A stretch of 52,121 nt of DNA, counting the filler, from Raja brachyura (Eukaryota), in the NCBI GenBank assembly GCA_963514005.1. It is 3 parts of 3 records of this genome, joined end to end, with 100 filler letters (N's around TTAATTAATTAA, not from the genome) between each part and the next. Parts side by side here need not be neighbours in the genome. Positions count along the whole stretch, not along the records: positions 27,567 to 45,891 come from CAUPSL010000643.1; positions 45,992 to 52,121 come from CAUPSL010000726.1; 1 more part is not named here. One strand, 5' to 3'. Below are positions 40,950 through 50,929 of the stretch, in pieces. The position numbers and the translations under genes are program-made. Under the pieces are notes generated by a model. It did no database searches. It had not been told where the DNA came from and saw only the letters and a program-made list of their open reading frames with translations. How positions within the stretch are numbered: position 1 is the first letter of the stretch; each line of letters starts with the position of its first letter.

Positions 40950-43800
40950 AAGCAAATATAGATAAAATATAATCGGAAACAATGAGACACGGCGGATAAT
41001 TGGGTCGGGGGGATCTGAGGTGTGCTGATGTGAGGTGAGGTGCAGTTCCGCCCATTTGCGCTGGTCGTCATTCTGATAATTGAGGCGTTCCAGGACACAA
41101 GGTCCGTGTGGGAATGGGACGGGATTTTAAGTGTTTAGTAATCGGGAAATTAGAGTGAGCGGAGGCGATCAGCGAAACGATCGCCGACCCTGCCATTGTC
41201 TCTGCGATATATAAAATTCCACAGTTGGAATAGCGGATACAGGCGATGCGGTTGGAGAAAGTGTCAGTGTACTGCCTCACCGGAACAGACTATCAGGATC
41301 CTTGCAAGGAGGAGGTATTGGGACATGAGTTCCTCCTCCTGAGGTTGCTGGGGAAAGGACCTGGGGAAGTGTTGGAATGGACGAGTGAACCCAGGAGATA
41401 CGCAGGAGAACGGTCTCTGCGGAAAGTGGAAACATTGGGGATAGGAAGATTTGGCTAGTAGAGGGATACCGTTGGAGGCGGCGAATAGGACGGAGGATTT
41501 TATACTGTATGCGACAGCTGCTGGGGTGAAAGATGAGGAGTAGGGAGACTCTGTCCCTGTTGCGCTTCGGGGGAGGGGGCGCAAGAGGGGAGCTGCGGGA
41601 TCCCTAGTGAGGGCCTCATCTATATTAGAAGAGTGGCACCCCCGTTCCGTAAACAATGGCATCTAAGATGTTCTGGTATGGAACACGTCATATTGGGTGC
41701 AGATGCGACGTAGATGGAGAAATTGGCAGTAAGGAAATTAGTCTTTGCAGGAGGCAGAGTGGGAAGAAGTGTAGTCTGGAGAGCTATGGGTGTCTGTAGG
41801 TTTATAAAAAATGGCAGTTTCGATAGTTTATCTCCTGTGATGGAGACGGTGGGAACAAGGAAACAGGAGGGAGACGTCGGAGATGATCCAAGTGAATTTG
41901 AGCGCAAGTAGTAGCAAAGTTACTGCGGTCCGTTATTTCTGCATCGGTGTGGGACATGTCCTCGATGCAACCGTCAAAGTTGCAGAGATAGAGTTCAGGG
42001 AAAGGGCCAGTGGACGCAAGGAACAGGGATAGCTCGATGTACCCAACCAACAGGCAGGCATATCGGGGGCGCATACACGCGTCCATGGCAACGCCTTGGA
42101 TTTACAGGAAGAGTGAGGAGTCGAAGAAAACGTTGTTAAAAGTAGGACCGGCTCCATAGACTGAGGAGAGTGTTGGAAGAGGGAAATATGCTGGTTCGGC
42201 GGCCGAAGAAGAAACGGAGGGCTTTAAGACGTTCTAGGTGGGGCATGTAGTTGTGGAGGGACTGAACATCCATAATAAAGATGAGGGAGTGAGGTCTGGA
42301 AAATGGACAACGTTGAAGAGACGAAGTGTGTCTGAAGTATCTTCGACATAGATAGGGAGGGATTAGACCAGGGGCGATAGGATGGAGTTGAGGTGCGTGG
42401 AAATTATTCCGTGGAACAGGAGCAAGTAGAAACAATGCTTCTGGCAGGGCAATTCTCTTTATGGACGTTTGGGAGAAGATAAAACCGGGTCGTGTGGAGC
42501 AAGGGAATAATAAGGTTGAATGATTTAGAGGATAGACAGCCCGAATTGATGAAATCAGAAATGGTTTGTGAGATTATGGGCTGATGCTTATCTGTGGGCC
42601 CATGGTCCGTGGATAAGTAGAAGGAAGCGTGTGAGAGTTGGCGGCTGGCCTCACTCCAGGATATCAGCGCACCGGTCTACTATGGCACCTCCCTTGTCGG
42701 CAGGTTTGATGATAATGCCGTGGTTGCTGCAGTGTGAGCAGAGTGCTACATGGTCAGGGGGGAAAGGTAAGAGTAGGTATGGGCAGTGGAGAAGCTGAGA
42801 CGGCTGATGTCACGCAGGCAGTTAGAAATTTAATGGTCTAAAGAGGGTAGAAGGCAGAAGGAAGACACCTTACCATAAAAAGACGCGTGGCGGGGACGCG
42901 ACGGAAGAAAATAAAAGTCCTGGCGAATTGTTGGGGATGGAGCTGGGTTGGGGGGGGGGGGGCGGGGGTGCAAAGGAGAGGCCTCTGTGGAGGACATCTC
43001 GTTCTTTATCGGAAATGCACGGGTCAGGGGCGTTGGGGTAGTCTCGACGAGGGTGGAGGTAGGGATCGGAGGAGGACAGTTGAATGGGTGGAGGCCGTCG
43101 TGACGTCTAGTGGGGATTGGTGCGGGTCCAGCGAGGAGGGGTTCAAGAGGACCAGTGCATACGGGGAGCAGCTAGCGCCACCAGGATAATAGAGGGGGAA
43201 GGTGAAAATACAGTGGAACCACCACTGAGGTTCCCTGCAGGAGTGGGGAGCGGTAGGACCCAGGAAGTCAGACCCAGTTGTGTACGAACATGGAACGTGG
43301 ACGGTGTGCGCCTGATGCTGAGCCTGCAACTCAGGTGAGGCGACGGCTCCTGCTGGTGGGCGGGGGAGTGGCAGGGGTCGGATCAGTCACTGGTGGAGGC
43401 CCGCTGGGAGTTGGAATAAATGTACGGGTCGGCGGAGGGAGCGTCGACAGATCTGGTCAGCGGACGGCCGAGGAGCGGCGAAGGTGGGCGCAAATTTGCC
43501 GTTGGCCCCGGGAAGATGATCAGAGTCTGCGGCAGCGACGGTGGCCCCAGGGGGGCGATGACAGTCGCCAATGGCGGGAATTTCTGTAGTCCGGGCCTGA
43601 GATCGACCGGGAACGTGTTGAGAGACGGACAGACGTTGGATGGAACAGCTGCTCCTGATGGCGCTATGGTGTCCCGGATCTTGGCCACGTGGTGGTCGGG
43701 CAGGCTGCGCGGTATATTACAACATCTTGTGTCTAACTTTGGTTCAAACCAAAGCGTCAACGTCGCGGGGCTGGAAACTGAAAGTATCCCGAGATAATTC
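40950..43800 (-). mobile_element. Decayed Penelope-like retroelement (RT + GIY-YIG endonuclease); 5' limit uncertain
   Basis: RT motifs IMDVQSL and MDACMRPRYACLLVGYIELSLF...NFDGCI; GIY-YIG-like IACIRYSNCGILYIAET at 41068-41280. Confidence 0.8.
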
Positions 43801-43989
43801 TGCTCCCATCATCATCTATTGCAACAAGTGATGGCTCCCACCGATTCTCGCCGGAAGCTTGCATCCTATTCAGGACGGACGATGACAGCGATGACAACAT
43901 ATCAAACATGGAATATGTACACGAAAGAAGCAGACTGCCTGCCTGCCTGTCTTCCTGCCCGCCGGCAGCGCACCCGCCCGCCCTTCCAT

Positions 43990-44200
43990 CTTTCCGTTTG
44001 TCTGTCTGTATGTCCGTCTGTATGTCTGTCTATCTAAAAGATAGAAACAGAGACAGTGAGGTAGAGTGATAGACAGACAGACAGGTGGACCGATATACAG
44101 ATAGGGAGACAGAGAGACAGGGAGACAGAGAGACAGAGAGACAGAGAGACAGTGAGATAGAGAGACAGAGAGACAGTCAGGTGCATAGACAGATAGAATG
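43990..44200. repeat. (CTGT)n/(GAGACA)n microsatellite
   Basis: Direct tandem AGAGAGAC/CTGT units. Confidence 0.85.
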
Positions 44201-44547
44201 AAATACAGATAGCACTGGAAGGAGATTGGTCTGAAAGAAGGAGGAGGAACAGTGACAGAGGGAGGGAGGAAGGAAACGTGCCCGTACAACGGCAGCCAGT
44301 TTGCGAGTAAGAGAGAGGCTGGAGTGGGGGCGAAATCGATACAGATGAACAAAATGAAGGGGGCGAGAGAGCGTGGGAGGGTTCTGCAGCACGAAAGCGT
44401 ACACCACCTGTAAGTTGATTGGTTCGAATGAAGGAGGGGGGCGTGTGCGACCCATAATCCGTGTAACCATGGGTTGCAGAGAGATGGGAAAAGAGCGAGG
44501 TTGACGCTCCTGCCCTCACTGCTGAGAGAACAAATCCGGAAGAAAAT

Positions 44548-44584
44548 ATGTTTATGATACTGCGACTGGTCCTCTCCGTCCACT
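44548..44584 (+). CDS. Candidate leader exon of the TRBV segment (MFMILRLVLSVH + 1 nt)
   Basis: ATG-initiated hydrophobic peptide ending in phase 1 before GTGAAT, compatible with the phase-1 V acceptor. It is short and the donor is suboptimal. Confidence 0.4.
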
Positions 44585-44784
44585 GTGAATGAAAGTGAAA
44601 AACTATTATTTCTTTCTTCGCTACTCTCTGTCTTCTTTGACCACGTTTCTCCAATAGACTGGTTCTCGTCTCCGCTTCTTATTCTGCTCACACTCTCTTC
44701 CCTGTTGCAATCCCTTCCCTCTACCATCTTCTTCCTTCACCCATCATCTCGGCTTCGATACTCGTCCTTAGCTCCTTCACAGAC

Positions 44785-45056
44785 TGAGGAGAGCCGCTGC
44801 ATCACACAGGCGATGAGTAAACGCCAGAGGCCCGGGTTCGATCGTGACCTCGGGTGCTGTCACTGTGAAGTTTGGACGTTCTCCTTGTGAACTGCTCCGG
44901 TTTCCTCCAACATCCCAATGACGTGCGGGTTTTTTAATTGTCCCTCTGTAAATTGTGCACGGTGTGTCGGGAGCGGATCAGAAAGGGGAATAGCACAGAA
45001 CTGGTGAGAACTGGTGATCGATGGTCGGTGTAGACTCGTTTGGAGGAAGGGCCCGT
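44785..45056 (+). mobile_element. tRNA-derived V-SINE (HE1-like) in the putative TRBV leader intron
   Basis: B box GGTTCGATC, V-domain core TGCTCCGGTTTCCTCCAACATCCCAA and a LINE-like tail. Confidence 0.75.
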
Positions 45057-45109
45057 CCTCTTTGTTTCGGGTCTCCGCGTTACTCATCGCCTCCCCGTCT
45101 CTTTCCCAG

Positions 45110-45408
45110 ATGCTACCTCGGTGACGATCCATCAGACTCCTGGCGCTCTGTCCGCATCTCCGGGCCAGAAGGTGGAGGTGAAGTGTACTATCGAGAGCGG
45201 CATCGGTACAGAGTATATGTACTGGTACAGACAATACCCAGGGGTTGAGCCACAGTACATGTTCTACTCAACGGGAGCCAAAAATGTGCGGCCAGAGGGG
45301 CAGGTGGCCGGTTTTACGGCAAATAGACCGAACATCAAAGAGTTCAGCCTAGAGTCTGCCGGCTTAGAGGCGAACTCATCGGCCCAGTATTTCTGCGCCT
45401 GGAGTCTA
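45110..45408 (+). CDS. TRBV: T-cell receptor beta variable segment (V exon), TRBV30-like, germline/unrearranged
   Basis: Open frame ATSVTIHQTPGALSASPGQKVEVKCTIESGIGTEYMYWYRQYPGVEPQYMFYSTG...RPNIKEFSLESAGLEANSSAQYFCAWSL has the Ig V-set Cys23, WYRQ and YFC hallmarks. It follows a pyrimidine-rich phase-1 acceptor (ctttcccag|45110) and is followed directly by an RSS. The TIHQxP, FYSxG, RP and CAWS motifs resemble mammalian TRBV30. Confidence 0.85.
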
Positions 45409-45448
45409 CACAGTGACTCGGATAAATGGGGGAAGACACACAAAAACC
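45409..45448 (+). other. Recombination signal sequence (23-class): CACAGTG - 24 nt - ACAAAAACC
   Basis: Perfect consensus heptamer at 45409-45415 and nonamer at 45440-45448, directly 3' of the CAWSL codons. Confidence 0.92.
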
Positions 45449-45891
45449 TCACTCCCTTATCCGCGGAAGTGAGCGCTCCCTGGGGCCGAGAGGTTTCCGT
45501 CTCTCCTACTGTCTACACCAGCCCCCACAACGTCTGTCATTTGTCCATTCGTTCGCACACTCTGTCTCTCTGCCTGCCCGTCTAACGCGCTATCTATCAG
45601 TTTCTAGGCCTCGCGGTCTCTCTATCCATATGCTTCTGCCTCACTATCTATATGTTCATTTCTCTGACTGTCTCTCTCACTCTGTCACCCTGTTTTTATG
45701 TCTCTTTCTCTCAATCGATCTCTCTCTTTCTACCTCTCAATCTACCTCTATAACCAACCAACTATCCGTCTATCTGTGTCTTTACTCATCATTGTCTAGT
45801 TACATACATTAATATTGTGTAAGAATATCAGTTGCCCTCTCCCAATTCACTCTCAAGAATCTTCTCTCCCTCTGGATCTTATCGATCATCC

Positions 45892-45991
45892 NNNNNNNNN
45901 NNNNNNNNNNNNNNNNNNNNNNNNNNNNNNNNNNNTTAATTAATTAANNNNNNNNNNNNNNNNNNNNNNNNNNNNNNNNNNNNNNNNNNNN
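45892..45991. other. Artificial scaffold linker (44N-TTAATTAATTAA-44N)
   Basis: Same structure as 27467-27566. Confidence 0.95.
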
Positions 45992-46189
45992 TGCGGAGAT
46001 CGCTGGTTGGCGCGGCCTCGGTGGACTAAAGGACCTGTTTCCGCGCTGTATCTCTAAAATTGACGAAACGTTTTTGATTGTTAGTCTAAAAGTGAACAAT
46101 TGAATACTGTATTTCACGCCTGTGATGTTGCTGCCGCCAGTAAGAATTTCACTATTCCGTTTCGATACATAAAACACTCTCGTGATGGC

Positions 46190-46460
46190 ATTTTATGGGG
46201 TAGAGTTGCTGCCATTCCAGCGCCCATAATCGACCTTGGCTACAGGTGGCGTCTGTACACAGTCTGCATGTCCTCCCTGTGACCACGCGGGTTTCCTCCG
46301 GGTGCTCCGGTTTCCTTCCACACTCCAAAGATCCAAATGAAAGGCTTCTGCAAATTGTCCGCTGGTGTGTGGGATGGAACTAGTGCAGAGGTGATGGCCG
46401 GTCAGCGTGGACTCGGTGGGCCGAAGGGCCGGTCTCCGAGCTGCACCTCCAAACTAAATA
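46190..46460 (+). mobile_element. V-SINE (HE1-like)
   Basis: GGGTTTCCTCCGGGTGCTCCGGTTTCCTTCCACACTCCAAAGA core; tail GGACTCGGTGGGCCGAAGGGCC...AAACTAAA. Confidence 0.8.
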
Positions 46461-46802
46461 CTTGATCCCAAGTTGGAAGTGGGTGAGGGACTAGAGGGAA
46501 GGGGACGAGAGGGACCCCAACTGCCAACCATCCCTAATTCCAACACTCCCCCAATCATGTTGATTTGATAATTATGGAACAGACATAATTGCACCTCTCA
46601 AAGAGCCTACAGCTCCAGGGACCCAGGTTCGATCCTGACCATGGGTGCTGTCCGTATGGAGTTTCAATGTCTTACCTTGCCGAGATGCGACTGTTTTCCG
46701 GGTCGTATCTCTGGTTGCTCTGCGACCTAACATCATGGATCTGGAGGCCTCGCTCGGGACTGACTTTGAGCGCGGACTTACCATCGGAGCCTGCCATCCC
46801 TT

Positions 46803-47437
46803 CCATAGAAACATAGAAAAATAGGTGGAGTAGAGGCCATTCAGCCCTTCAAGCCTGCACCGCCATTCACTGTGATCATGGCTGATCATCCAACTCAGTA
46901 TCCCGTACCTGCCTTCTCTCCATACCCCCTTATCCCTTTAGCCACAAGGGCCACATATAACGCCCTCTTAAATATAGCCAATGAACTGGCCTCAACGACC
47001 TTCTGTGGCAGAGAATTCCAGAGACTCACCACTCTCTGTGTAAAGAATGTTTTCCTCATCTCGGTCCTAAAGGAATTCCCCCTTATCCTTAGACTGTGAC
47101 CCCTTGTTCTGGACTCCCTCAACTTCGGGAACAATCTTCCAGCATCTAGCTTGTCCAACCCCTTAAGAATTTTGTAAGTTTCTATAAGATCCCCCCTCAA
47201 TCTTCTAAATTCCAGCGAGTACAAGCCGAGTCTATCCAGTATTTCCTTATATGAAAGTCCTGATATCCCAGGAATCAGTCTGGTGAACCTTCTCTGTACC
47301 CCATCTATGGCAAGGATGTCTTTCCTCAGATTTGGAGACCAAAACTGTACGCAATACTCCAGGTGTGGCCTCACAAAGACCCTGTACAACTGCAGTAGAA
47401 CCTCCCTGCTCCTATACTCAAATCCCTTCGCTATGAA
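46803..47437 (-). mobile_element. CR1 3' fragment, (TTTCTATG)n family
   Basis: ORF 46895-47389 [14 protein letters not shown]...[11 protein letters not shown]...TRGHSL. Confidence 0.92.
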
Positions 47438-47439
47438 TG

Positions 47440-47905
47440 GGAAAGAATTTCGCTTCCCTGGGATCGACGCTCCAACTGCGGGCGGTGGACTTTAACATCG
47501 AGGAGCTCGCAGTCTTGGGTTGAGACCGATGTCGGGAAGCTCCAAAACCGCACGACGTTCGACTAGCCCCCGACCCAGGGTAGTTCGCCCGGCGCGGAGG
47601 AGCTGAGATTCCCCCCCCCCCCCCCCCCCCCCCGATGCAGGAGCTTGATGGCCCCGACGAGGATGCCACAGCCGGCTAAGGGAGTCAAGATCGTCCCGTC
47701 AAACGGAAGGTTTGAGGCCCCCGTCGCTGGAGGACAAAGAAGGGACGGGATTTAACTTTTTTTTCGCCTTCCATCGCAGTGAGGAATGTGGAGGAGTCAC
47801 TGTGGTGGATGTTCATGTTAAAATGTGTTTTGTGCGGTCTGTTGCTCCTTATTAGTACGACTGTGCGGCGGCAAATCGAATTCCTCGTATATGTTGCAAA
47901 ACACA
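47440..47905 (+). repeat. Unclassified GC-rich interspersed repeat, probably continuous with 46690-46802 across the CR1 insert
   Basis: CpG-rich body; its 3' part (GCCTTCCATC...GGATGTTCATGTTA) resembles 33050-33230. Confidence 0.45.
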
Positions 47906-47909
47906 AAGT

Positions 47910-48000
47910 ATGCAGACATAAAATGCTGGAGAAACTCAGCATCTTTGGAGCAAAGGAAATAGGCGACGTTTCCGGGCCGAGACCCTTCTTCAGACTGATG
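47910..48000 (-). repeat. Penelope-type terminal-repeat fragment with a hammerhead-like core
   Basis: Minus strand CTGAAGAAGGGTCTCGGCCCGGAAACGTC...GCTGAGTTTCTCCAGCATTTT; the latter part recurs at 32228-32285. Confidence 0.55.
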
Positions 48001-48034
48001 TGGGGGGGGGGGGGGGGGGGAAGAACAAAGGCAG

Positions 48035-48262
48035 TATGAGTTTGTACGTTCTCCCCGTGGACTGCGTGGGTTTTCTCCGGGTGATCCGGCTTCCCCCCAC
48101 ACAACAGCCATCTGGATTTGTTGGTTAATAGGTCAAAGTAAGAATTGTACATTTTCTCCAGTGAGGTGTGGGATGGTGCTAGTGTATGGGGACTGCTGGT
48201 CGCTGCGGACTCGGTGGGCCGAAGGGCCGATTTCCATGCTTTACCTCTAAACTACAAACTTT
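48035..48262 (+). mobile_element. 5'-truncated V-SINE (HE1-like)
   Basis: GAGTTTGTACGTTCTCCCCGTG...GGGTTTTCTCCGGGTG core; tail GGACTCGGTGGGCCGAAGGGCC. Confidence 0.8.
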
Positions 48263-48387
48263 AATCCAGCTTGATTTAAAAGATGGCCTGCGGTCCCAAG
48301 ATTAAAACATTATACACACGAAGCAACAACTGAAACACATCGACACGTTCTCCCTGCGATCGCGTGGGTTTATTCTCAGATCCCAAA

Positions 48388-48788
48388 GACATAGAAACAT
48401 AGACAATAGGTGCAGGGGGAGGCCATTCGGCCCTTCGAGCCAGCACTCCCATTCATTGTGATCATGGTCCGCTATCAATAACCCGTGCTTGCCTTCTCCC
48501 CATATCCCTTGACTCCACTAGCCCCTAGAGCTCTATCTAACTCTCTCTCAAATCCATCCAGTGACTTGGCCTCCACTGCCCTCTGTGGCAGGGAATTCCA
48601 CAAATTCACAACTCTCTGGGTAAAAAAGTTTTTTCTCAGCTCAGTCTTAAATGGCCTCCCCTTTATTCTAAGACTGTGGCCCCTGGTTCTGGACTCGCCC
48701 AACATTGGGAACATTTTTCCTGCATCTAGCTTGTCCAGTCCTTTTATAATTTTATATGTTTCTATAAGATCCCCCCCCTCATCCTTCT
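48388..48788 (-). mobile_element. CR1 3' fragment, (TTTCTATG)n-type tail
   Basis: [35 protein letters not shown]. Confidence 0.88.
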
Positions 48789-50328
48789 GTACTTCTATAT
48801 TTTTTATTATTTTTGATACATGAGAAATTGATAGAGAGAAATAATAGAGAAAGATAAAATAAGAGTAAAAATAGAAAGTCAAGAATGTGAGTATTAAACA
48901 ATCTACACTTCATTGGAGATATATCAGTGGTCTACTGTATATAATTCTTCATCTATTCCTTCGTTCAGGTCTCCGTCAGGCCCTCGAACCGAGCCAATTT
49001 GTCCCTTTAGATAATCAATAAATGGAGACCATGTTCCTCTAAACTGGTCTAGCCCGTCCGAGAGGACAAGTCTTAATCTTTCCAAATGAAGTGTCTCCGA
49101 CATTTCTGTGATCCACATTTTGATAGTGGGGGAGGTAGGACCTTTCCAAAATCTTAATATTCATTTTTTACCAATTATTAAACTGTAATCAATAAAAATT
49201 CGTTGTTTTATTGTTAGTGATTGATCAGTTTCTAATATACCTAATATGATTAATTTTGGATCTGGAGTCAAATTTGTATTAACTACCTTCGAAATTATCT
49301 TAAATATTTCTGACCAAAAATTAGTAATTTTTATACATTTAGTAAATGAGTGCGTTAGATTAGCTTCTAGGTGTTGACATTTAACACATATAGCAGAAAC
49401 ATTTGAGAAAATTCTGTTTAATTTGGATTTTGAGAGATGTAATCTATGTAAAACTTTAAATTGTATCAACGAGTGTCTGGCATTTAATGAACAGTGGTGT
49501 ATATGTTGTAAACTTTCCTCCCATACTTCTAAACTGATTGTTTGTCCTAATTCGCGTTCCCATGCTTGCCTATATATTTCCGACGTTGGTGCATCATTTT
49601 CCAATAAGATATTATAAATATATGATATTAATTTTTCTGTGTTCGGGTGTTTATTGAAACATTCATCTAGAATTTCTGTCTTTCTATTTCTAAGTTCTTG
49701 TGTATTTGATTTAACATAGTCTCTAATTTGTAAATATGTAAGTGCAGGCGGGTGGGACTAAGGGAAAAAATTTGTTCGGCATGGACTTGAAAGGCCGAGA
49801 TGGCCTGTTTCCGTGCTGTAATTGTTATATGGTTATATGGTTAAATATCTAAAATATTCTTGTGAGTGTAGTCCATACTTTTGTTGTAGTTCTTGAAATG
49901 AAAGAAAAAGATTTTCCCTATAGAGATCCCGTATCTTATTAATTCCATAATTTTTCCATTGTGAAAAACCTTTATCCATCCTTGAGGGTTTAAAAGTAAT
50001 ATTGTTTGCAATGGGAAGGGCCAGTGGTATACATTCCAATTTTAATGATTTCTTTCATTGTTTCCAAATACGTATCCCACTTTCGATTATTGGGTTTCCT
50101 CTATAAGTTTTTTAATGTAGTTTGGTATTAGCAAATAGAATCGAGCTAATTTCAAAAGGTAAACAATCTTCCTTTTCCATTTTTAACCAATTCGGTTGTT
50201 TATCTAATTCTTCCAACCAAAAATTCATATTTTTAATATTAACTGCCCAGTAGTAAAACATAAAATTAGGCAGCGCTAAACCTCCACATATTTTTGCTTT
50301 GCATAGATCTTTTTTATTTATTCTTTAT
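48789..50328 (-). mobile_element. L1 ORF2 C-terminal fragment + partial 3' UTR, with a 104-bp CR1 tail insert at 49738-49841
   Basis: ARHSLIQFKVLHRLH...CVKC...HSFTKC zinc-knuckle region; the insert is flanked by TSD TAAATAT. Confidence 0.85.
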
Positions 50329-50618
50329 TTATCCAGTCCTTTTATAATTTTATATGTTTCTATAAGATGTCCCCTCATCCTTCTAAACTCCAGTGAATAC
50401 AAGCCTAGTCTTTTCAATCTTCCCTCATATGACAGTCCCGCCATCCCAGGGATCAATCTGGTGAACCTACGCTGCACTGCTTCAATCACAAGGATGTCCT
50501 TCCTCAAATTAGGAGACCAAAACTGTACACAATACTCCAGATGTGGTCTCACCAGAGCCCTGTACAACTGCAGAAGAACCTCTTTACTCCTGTACTGAAA
50601 TCCTCTTGTTATGAAGGC
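50329..50618 (-). mobile_element. CR1 internal fragment
   Basis: [18 protein letters not shown]...[13 protein letters not shown]. Confidence 0.88.
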
Positions 50619-50634
50619 ATGGCGTCGCTGAGAT

Positions 50635-50842
50635 GGCGGTCACGGTGGCGCAGCGGGTAGAGTCGCTGCCTCGCGGCGAAAGCAGCGGCGGAGACCCGGG
50701 TTCCATCCCAACCGCGGGCGCTGTCTGTCTGTGCGGAGTTTGCACGTTCTCCCCGTGGGCTTTCTCCGAGATCTTCGGTTCCCTCCCGCACTCCAAAGGT
50801 GTGCAGGTGTGTAGGTTAATTGGCTTGGTGTAAATGTACAAA
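50635..50842 (+). mobile_element. V-SINE 5' part with Pol III A/B boxes, CpG-rich
   Basis: A box TGGCGCAGCGG, B box GGTTCCATCC, V-domain core. Confidence 0.8.
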
Positions 50843-50929
50843 ACGTCTCGACCCCATTCTCCTGCCTTCTCGCCGTAACCCGACATCTTGTTGCCCTGGT
50901 GCACTACATGGCACAGGAACAGGCCCTTC

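Noticed and set aside
40176-41098. ORFs of 180-280 aa
   Set aside because: They run through the N gap; the same applies at 16811-17361 and 21981-22387.
43870-44727. 285-aa and 206-aa minus-strand ORFs
   Set aside because: Largely microsatellite-derived, with no domain signature.
45040-45585. 181-aa single-exon Ig-domain protein as given in the ORF track
   Set aside because: It starts at a TTG inside intron/SINE sequence and reads through the RSS; the real unit is the V exon at 45110-45408.
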